Positions 58,033 through 64,000 of a stretch of 64,000 nucleotides of DNA are shown here, in pieces. The translations under genes and the position numbers were made by a program. Source of the DNA: an uncultured Gemmatimonadales bacterium (lineage in GTDB: Bacteria; Gemmatimonadota; Gemmatimonadetes; Longimicrobiales; RSA9); contig OY970192.1 in NCBI GenBank assembly GCA_963708135.1, positions 3,520,001 to 3,584,000 of the forward strand, written 5' to 3'. Under the pieces are notes generated by a model. It did not search any database, was not told the origin of the DNA, and saw only the letters and a program-made list of their open reading frames with translations. The stretch's first letter is position 1. Each line of letters begins with the position of its first letter.

Positions 58033-58866
58033 ATGCGACGAATAATCCTGATGCTGCTTCTCCTGCAGGCGCCCGCCACCGCGGTGCGCGCGCAGGAGCC
58101 GGACAGCTCCCGAGTGCCCGCGCCATTCTTCAGTGCACGCGACGCCTGGTTAGCCGCAGGGTTCGTCGCCGGGACGGTGGCCATGCTGCCGCTGGACAAG
58201 CGGCTCGCGCACAACTTCCGGCAGCCGGTCAACCAGGCGAGCCCGACGCTGCGGGACGCGGCGGACTTCTTCCGCTTCATGGGCCAGCCGGCGCCACAGA
58301 TCATCGGGCCGTCGCTCTACATTGCGGGCCGGCTGGGCCACTGGCACCACATTGCGGCGCTCGGGCTGCACGGCACGGAGGCCATGCTCCTGAGCACGGC
58401 GATCACGGGCAGCATCAAGCTGCTGGTGGGCCGGGCACGTCCGTTCGTGACGGCGGACACGAACTCCACGTCGTTCGCGTTCGGTCGGGGGCTGCACGGC
58501 GCGAAGTACCAGTCGTTCCCCTCCGGCCACGCCACCACGGCGTTTGCCGTCGCCTCTTCCGTGACGTCCGAGGTAGGGCATTGGGTGGACGAGACCCACG
58601 GCTGGCCCGGCTGGAAGTACGTGATCGGAGTGACGATGTACGGCGGCGCGAGCTTGATCGCGCTCTCGCGCATCTACGACGACAAGCACTGGGCGAGCGA
58701 CATCATGGCGGGCGCGGCGATCGGCACGTTCAGCGGGAGCAAGGTGGTCCGCTACGACTACGACCATCCGAAGAACCGGCTCGACCGCTGGCTGCTCTCC
58801 GCCCGCGTCGCGCCTTCGCCGGCGGGGGGGGTCTACCTGGCCTGGGCGGTGCCGACGGGGTTCTGA
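58033..58866 (+). CDS. PAP2-family phosphatase
   Basis: KLLVGRARP, SFPSGH, SRIYDDKHWASD; signal peptide from ATG 58033. Confidence 0.92.
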   Translation: MRRIILMLLLLQAPATAVRAQEPDSSRVPAPFFSARDAWLAAGFVAGTVAMLPLDKRLAHNFRQPVNQASPTLRDAADFFRFMGQPAPQIIGPSLYIAGRLGHWHHIAALGLHGTEAMLLSTAITGSIKLLVGRARPFVTADTNSTSFAFGRGLHGAKYQSFPSGHATTAFAVASSVTSEVGHWVDETHGWPGWKYVIGVTMYGGASLIALSRIYDDKHWASDIMAGAAIGTFSGSKVVRYDYDHPKNRLDRWLLSARVAPSPAGGVYLAWAVPTGF

Positions 58867-59051
58867 GCGTCCCGGCGGCCGGGCGGCCGTGACGGCCCGC
58901 GGACCCACGCCGCGGCGGGGCGGCTGACGCTGTCCCGCCGCAGGGGGCCGAAGCGCGCACGTGTAATCCTGCCGTAAGCCCGTGGGTCCCATACTGCTCT
59001 GTTCGTGCGCGGGCGCCGCTGCCCCCCATCCTCCTGTTGTCGGAGCATCGC

Positions 59052-61517
59052 GTGTTCGAGTTGAAGCCGTTGGCCGCCGTCGTCCTGTCGCTCTCGATCC
59101 TGGCACCGCCGAATGTCCTGGCCGCGCAGCAGCCCGGCCACGCGGCCCCCGCCTCGGTGCAGGGCGCCGGCCGGATCAGCGGGACGGTGCTGACTGCGGG
59201 AACGGGGCATCCGCTGCCGGCCGCCTCCGTCGCCCTGTTGTCGGCCGCCGACTCCTCGCTGGTGACCGGGGCGCTTACGGACGCGCACGGCGGTTTCCGG
59301 CTGGAGGGCATTCCGAACGGTTCATACGAGCTCCGGATCACCGCGCTGGGCTATCGGACACACCTCGTGCGCGGAGTCCGGATCACCACCGCGCGGCAGG
59401 CGCTCTCGATCGGCGAGGTGCGGCTCGGAACGAGCCCCGTGACGCTGAAGGCGGTGACGGCGACCGGGCACAAGGAGATCATGCACCTCGCGCCGGACCG
59501 CAATACGTACGTCGTCCGGAACATGCCCGTGACGCGGGGCGGCACGGCGATCGACGTGCTGCGGAATGTGCCGTCGGTGGACGTGGACATCGACAACGTC
59601 ATCAGCCTGCGCGGCAACAGCGGGGTCGTGATCGAGATCGACGGCCGGCCGACGCCCATGAAGGGCAGCCAGCTCGGTGACTTCCTGGCGCAGCTGCCGG
59701 CGGACATGGTGGCGCGGGTGGAGGTCATCCCGAACCCGTCGGCGAAGTACGAGCCGGACGGCATTGCCGGGATCATCAACATCATCCTCAAGAAGAAGAC
59801 GGACCTCGGGACGAGCGGCGGCGTGAGCATCGGCGCCGGGACTCTGGGGAGCGTGAGCGCGTCGGGGGACGTGGGCTACCAGCGCGGGCGGCTGAGCCTA
59901 TACGGCAGCTACGCCTTCGAGCGGCGCAACCGGCCGCGCAGCGAGTCGATCTTCCGGACGAACCTCTACGAGACGCCGCTGTCCTACCTGGACGAGACCT
60001 CGACCCGGTCGGACAAGCCGATCTCGAACACGCTGACGGGCAGCGGCTCCTACCAACTGGCGAAGCACGACCAGCTCTCGGCCGATCTCCTATACAGCAC
60101 GCGGCACGCGCCACGCGGGTACACCACCGTCTACCGCGACCTGAACGCCTCGCGCGTGCTGACGGGCATGCAGGACCAGGCCATCACGGGCGATCACGGG
60201 GAGTCCTCGCTCGAGGCGACGCTCGGCTACAAGCACACCTTCGAGCCGGAGCGGCACGACCTGGCGGCCGAGCTGCGCCTGGACCGCGCCGGCGAGGGCG
60301 GGCACAGCGACTTCACGCGGGACACGCTGTCGCTCGGCGGCGCGCCACTCGGCGATCCCTTCCGGCAGAACCAGGTGAGCTGGGAGCACCCGCTGGAGGC
60401 GTCGGGCAAGCTCGACTACACCCGCACCTTCGGGAAGGCGCTGCAACTGCAGGCGGGCTACAAGGGCGAGCTGCTCCAGTACCATACGACGCTGGATACG
60501 CGGATCTTCGATCCCGCCGCCGCGGCGTGGCTGACCGACAGCACGCAGACGAACAACTTCAAATACGACGAGTGGGTGAACGCCGGCTACGGCCTCCTGC
60601 AGGACAAGATCGGCAAGGTCCAGCTCCAGGCGGGGGTGCGCCTGGAGCACGCGGCCACCACGTTCCACCTGGCCAACACCGGCGCGACCTACCACAACAA
60701 CTACAACAGCGTGTTCCCGAGCGCGCTCATCGCCTACAACCCGGATGATGCGGACCAGCTCAAGATCAGCTACTCGAAGCGCATCCGCCGCCCGGACGAT
60801 ACCGATCTGCTGGATCCCACCCCCCATTACATCGATCCGCTGAACGTGCGGCGGGGCAATCCATACCTGCAACCCGAGTACATCCACTCCTTCGAGCTGG
60901 GTTATCAGCGCTCGGGTGACGTCATGACATACCAGGTCACGCCGTTCTACCGCCGCACGGTGAACAATGTCACACGGATCCAGACGATCGACTCCGCGGG
61001 CGTGGCCACCATGACGTTCCAGAACCTGGCCCACACGGATTCCTACGGCACGGACATGAACGCATCGCTGCACAAGGGGATCGTGACGGGGTTCGTGGGC
61101 GCCAGCTTCTTCCGCGAGGCGACGAACGGCGCGAACCTCGGCCCCGGGCTCTCGGCGCGCACCTTCGGCTGGACCGCACGGGCGAACGCGACGGCGCACG
61201 TGCGCGACGGCCTCGACGTGCAGACGCTCTTCTTCTACCGCGGTCCGATGCGCGTGGCGCAGGGCCGGATCGCGGGGCGCACCCGTCTCGACGTGGCGAT
61301 CCGGCAGCAGCTCAGCAAGCGCTTCGACGTGACGATGCGGGTGGCGGATCCGTTGAACACGAGCGGTGAGCAGTTCACTACGATCGACCCGCGCTTCCAG
61401 CAGGTCTCCGACTACCGCCGCCGCTCGCGGGCGGTGGTGCTCGACCTGAGCTACCGCTTCGGGAAGCCCGGCAAGAAGAAGCCGCCGGTCACGGACACGA
61501 CGCTCGGCGGCAACTGA
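59052..61517 (+). CDS. TonB-dependent-receptor-like outer-membrane protein
   Basis: Signal peptide, carboxypeptidase-regulatory-like N-domain, plug (DVLRNVPSV...EVIPNPSAKY..DG.AGIINI), YSKRIRRP, GNPYLQPE. GTG 59052 after GGAG. Confidence 0.88.
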   Translation: MFELKPLAAVVLSLSILAPPNVLAAQQPGHAAPASVQGAGRISGTVLTAGTGHPLPAASVALLSAADSSLVTGALTDAHGGFRLEGIPNGSYELRITALGYRTHLVRGVRITTARQALSIGEVRLGTSPVTLKAVTATGHKEIMHLAPDRNTYVVRNMPVTRGGTAIDVLRNVPSVDVDIDNVISLRGNSGVVIEIDGRPTPMKGSQLGDFLAQLPADMVARVEVIPNPSAKYEPDGIAGIINIILKKKTDLGTSGGVSIGAGTLGSVSASGDVGYQRGRLSLYGSYAFERRNRPRSESIFRTNLYETPLSYLDETSTRSDKPISNTLTGSGSYQLAKHDQLSADLLYSTRHAPRGYTTVYRDLNASRVLTGMQDQAITGDHGESSLEATLGYKHTFEPERHDLAAELRLDRAGEGGHSDFTRDTLSLGGAPLGDPFRQNQVSWEHPLEASGKLDYTRTFGKALQLQAGYKGELLQYHTTLDTRIFDPAAAAWLTDSTQTNNFKYDEWVNAGYGLLQDKIGKVQLQAGVRLEHAATTFHLANTGATYHNNYNSVFPSALIAYNPDDADQLKISYSKRIRRPDDTDLLDPTPHYIDPLNVRRGNPYLQPEYIHSFELGYQRSGDVMTYQVTPFYRRTVNNVTRIQTIDSAGVATMTFQNLAHTDSYGTDMNASLHKGIVTGFVGASFFREATNGANLGPGLSARTFGWTARANATAHVRDGLDVQTLFFYRGPMRVAQGRIAGRTRLDVAIRQQLSKRFDVTMRVADPLNTSGEQFTTIDPRFQQVSDYRRRSRAVVLDLSYRFGKPGKKKPPVTDTTLGGN

Positions 61518-61533
61518 GGGCCGCACAGCCGGG

Positions 61534-63939
61534 ATGCTCGGGAGGGGCGCGGGGTGCGTGTTTCTACTGCTGGTATGGGCGGCCGCTCGGCCTGCGAGCG
61601 CACAGCGCGCGCACGTCCGCGGCCAGGTCACCGGCGGTGGGGGGACTCCGATCGCGCTCGCGGACGTGGAGCTCTACGGTGCGAGCGTCGCCTTCGACAC
61701 GGCTGGGGGAACGCAGGCGACGTCGGCGCCGCCCGTCGCCCGCACGGTCACCGACTCGCTCGGCCGGTTCGCGCTCGTGGCTCCGGCCGGCAGCTATCTG
61801 CTGCGCGTCCGGTTTCTGTCCTTCATGCCTCTCACACGCCGTCTCAGGCTGCGGCCGGGGGAGCGCAGCGACCTCGGGGTGCTGACGCTCACCCCGCGCG
61901 CCATCGCGCTGCCCGGCGTCGTCGCCAGGGGTCAGCGCTCCGCGCTTCAGCTCGGGTTCGAGAAGCGGGTGTTCCGCGTGGGGAAGGACATCACGGTCGC
62001 GGGCGGGTCGGTGCTCAATGTGCTCAACAATGTGCCGTCCGTCACCGCGGGCCTGAACGGCACCGTCCAGCTGCGCGGCAGCAGCGCGGTGCGGATCCTG
62101 ATCGACGGCAAGCCGAGCACCGTCTACCGCAACGGCTCCCGCGCGCTCCAGAGCCTTTCGGCGGACATGATCGCCGAGGTGCAGGTGATCACGAACCCTT
62201 CCGCCAGGTACGTGGCGGAGGGAAGCGCGGGCATCATCAACATCGTCCTGAAGAAGCATCGCGCGCCGGGGTTCCACGGCACGGTGGGGCTCATGCAGCG
62301 GGCGCCGGAATCGACGGCGCTCACGACGAACCTGAACCTCGGGGCGGGACGGGTGAGCTGGTTCCTGAACGGCGACGTCGCGTACGCGGCGGACCCGTCG
62401 CACAGCCGCAGCTACGAGCGCTACGCCTCGCCCGACACGGCCTACGTCTATCAGGGCTTCGACGACGGCCGCGAGACCGACTACGATGGCAACCTCCGGC
62501 TGGGCCTGGAGGTCAGGCCCGATTCGGCGCAGGCGCTCACGGCGAGCACGCTGTGGCACTTCGAGGACAAGAGGGACCTGTGGCATGGCGGGTGGGTGGA
62601 TTCGACGCTGGCCGGCGGGCTTCTGGACCCGATCATCCGGAGCGAGACCATTGGCGGAGGCGAGGTCGGGGGCGCCGGCTCCCTCGAGTATGCACGGCAG
62701 CTCGGTGGCGACGCGCATAAACTGACGGCGAGCGCCGACTACGACCACTCGACGGAGAAGGAGCTGCCACGCACCACGGAAGCGGCCGCCGGCGCGCCGT
62801 TCGATTCGGTCCTCGACCGCATCGACGACAGCCGCATCGCGGACCAGCTCCGGCTACGAGCCGATTACACCCGCCCGCTCGCCGATAGTGGCAAGCTCGA
62901 GGCCGGCGCGCGCGCAAGCTGGAGCCGCCAGGATCACCGCTACAGCGCGGCCGAGCGCCGACCGGGCGCGGGGTGGACGCCGCTGCCGGACTTCAGCAGC
63001 AACTACCGTGTGCGGGACCAGCTCTCAGCGGCGTACGCCACGGCATCGTCTGCGCTCGGTGCCGTGTCGTGGCAGCTGGGCCTTCGCGCGGAGCGTTACG
63101 CCATCGTGGTGAGTCCCCGCGCCGGCGGCGCGGGGACGCGCCAGAGCTACCTGGACGTCTTTCCCAGCGCGTTCCTCACGTACGCGTTCAGCGGCACGCG
63201 CTCGCTCCAGGTGAGCTACAGCCGGCGGGTGTCCCGCCCCGATGCGGCGCTGCTGCTGCCGGCGACGGACTTCTCGAGCACACGCACACGGTTCACGGGC
63301 AATCCCGAGCTCCGGCCCGAGTATGCCGACTCCTACGAGGCGACGCTGCTGCAATCATGGACCTCGGGGTCGCTGCTCGCGAGCGCCTACGACCGGCGAC
63401 GGAGGGGGGTCATCGAGCGGATCTCGCATCTCGACTCGCGCGGCGTGCTGGCGACCGTTCCCATCAACCTCGCCCGCGCCGAGGCACGGGGGCTCGAGCT
63501 GACGGTGCAGCAGGACGTGCCGGGCGTTCGCATGTCAACGTCCGCGAATCTCTTCCGCGAGCGCTCTCACGGCACCTTCGACGGCGTGCTGTACCACGCG
63601 GAGACGAACCGCCTCACGTCGAGACTGCGTCTGGACTGGGAGGGCGCGAGCGGCCTGAAAGTTCAGACGGCGGTGCGCTATCTCGGCCCGGCGCGCACCG
63701 TCCAGGGGCGCCGCGCCGCGACCGCATTCGCGAACATCGCGATCGCCCGGGACTTCTTCGACGGCCGGGCGACGGTCTCGCTCCAGTCCGAGGACCTCTT
63801 CAGTACCCGGCGCGAGCTATACACGATCACCGATCCGTACTCGTTCTCGCGCCAGCGGCTGTGGGAGCCCACTGGGCTGCGGCTCAATATCACGTGGCGC
63901 ATTCACGAGAAGAAGCCGGCGGACGACGAGGCCGGCTGA
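61534..63939 (+). CDS. TonB-dependent-receptor-like outer-membrane protein (tandem paralog)
   Basis: NVLNNVPSV...QVITNPSARY.AEGSAGIINIVLKK, SYSRRVSRP, GNPELRPE; 16 nt after the first receptor. Confidence 0.88.
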   Translation: MLGRGAGCVFLLLVWAAARPASAQRAHVRGQVTGGGGTPIALADVELYGASVAFDTAGGTQATSAPPVARTVTDSLGRFALVAPAGSYLLRVRFLSFMPLTRRLRLRPGERSDLGVLTLTPRAIALPGVVARGQRSALQLGFEKRVFRVGKDITVAGGSVLNVLNNVPSVTAGLNGTVQLRGSSAVRILIDGKPSTVYRNGSRALQSLSADMIAEVQVITNPSARYVAEGSAGIINIVLKKHRAPGFHGTVGLMQRAPESTALTTNLNLGAGRVSWFLNGDVAYAADPSHSRSYERYASPDTAYVYQGFDDGRETDYDGNLRLGLEVRPDSAQALTASTLWHFEDKRDLWHGGWVDSTLAGGLLDPIIRSETIGGGEVGGAGSLEYARQLGGDAHKLTASADYDHSTEKELPRTTEAAAGAPFDSVLDRIDDSRIADQLRLRADYTRPLADSGKLEAGARASWSRQDHRYSAAERRPGAGWTPLPDFSSNYRVRDQLSAAYATASSALGAVSWQLGLRAERYAIVVSPRAGGAGTRQSYLDVFPSAFLTYAFSGTRSLQVSYSRRVSRPDAALLLPATDFSSTRTRFTGNPELRPEYADSYEATLLQSWTSGSLLASAYDRRRRGVIERISHLDSRGVLATVPINLARAEARGLELTVQQDVPGVRMSTSANLFRERSHGTFDGVLYHAETNRLTSRLRLDWEGASGLKVQTAVRYLGPARTVQGRRAATAFANIAIARDFFDGRATVSLQSEDLFSTRRELYTITDPYSFSRQRLWEPTGLRLNITWRIHEKKPADDEAG

Positions 63940-63954
63940 CCCGCCGCCGCGCCG

Positions 63955-64000
63955 CTACAGGTCGCGGCGCTGGAAGTGCACCACGGCGGCGCCGAGCAGG
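63955..64000 (-). CDS. 3' end of a gene entering from the right, possibly an ABC permease
   Basis: Minus frame ...LLGAAVVHFQRRDL*; a terminal F.RRDL is typical of ABC-2 permeases. Only 14 codons are visible. Confidence 0.45.
   Translation of the reverse strand, partial: LLGAAVVHFQRRDL

Noticed and set aside
1..64000. tRNA, rRNA, IS, prophage or defence systems
   Set aside because: No cloverleaf or rRNA signatures and no transposase, integrase, nuclease or RT motifs seen by eye; tRNAscan and Infernal would be needed to exclude small RNAs.

Overview
High-GC bacterial chromosomal segment with about 55 protein genes, mostly housekeeping, envelope or stress functions. Gene content suggests Gemmatimonadota (inference, not searched). 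I saw no rRNA, tRNA, CRISPR array, transposase, integrase or phage genes. Main contents: mrdA, an NtrC-type activator with a CNNM/CorC protein, hydantoinase B, a NarL-type two-component pair, tonB, an ECF sigma/anti-sigma/2x DUF4097 operon, ggt, terC, a padR-csp-infA-rho cluster with divergent IF-1 and N-terminally short Rho, pstCAB/pstS/porin with 11-bp Pho-box-like repeats, a broken erythromycin-esterase-family gene, bacilliredoxin, a MATE pump, a secreted amidohydrolase::serine-hydrolase fusion, ettA, gltA, arfB, a tricorn protease with a 1-nt frameshift, rsmD, glutamine synthetase III and two tandem TonB-dependent-receptor-like genes. Best leads: (1) the csp-infA-rho OB-fold module; (2) sigma-54-type promoters before scattered general-stress genes; (3) kb-scale C-to-G skew flips centred on intergenic regions; (4) a promoter-terminator leader before terC; (5) tandem NrdR-like boxes before a TPR gene; (6) the hydrolase fusion and an orphan Pro-rich ORF. 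All family calls come from motif recognition by eye, not database searches. Many starts were moved from the ORF track to more plausible codons.
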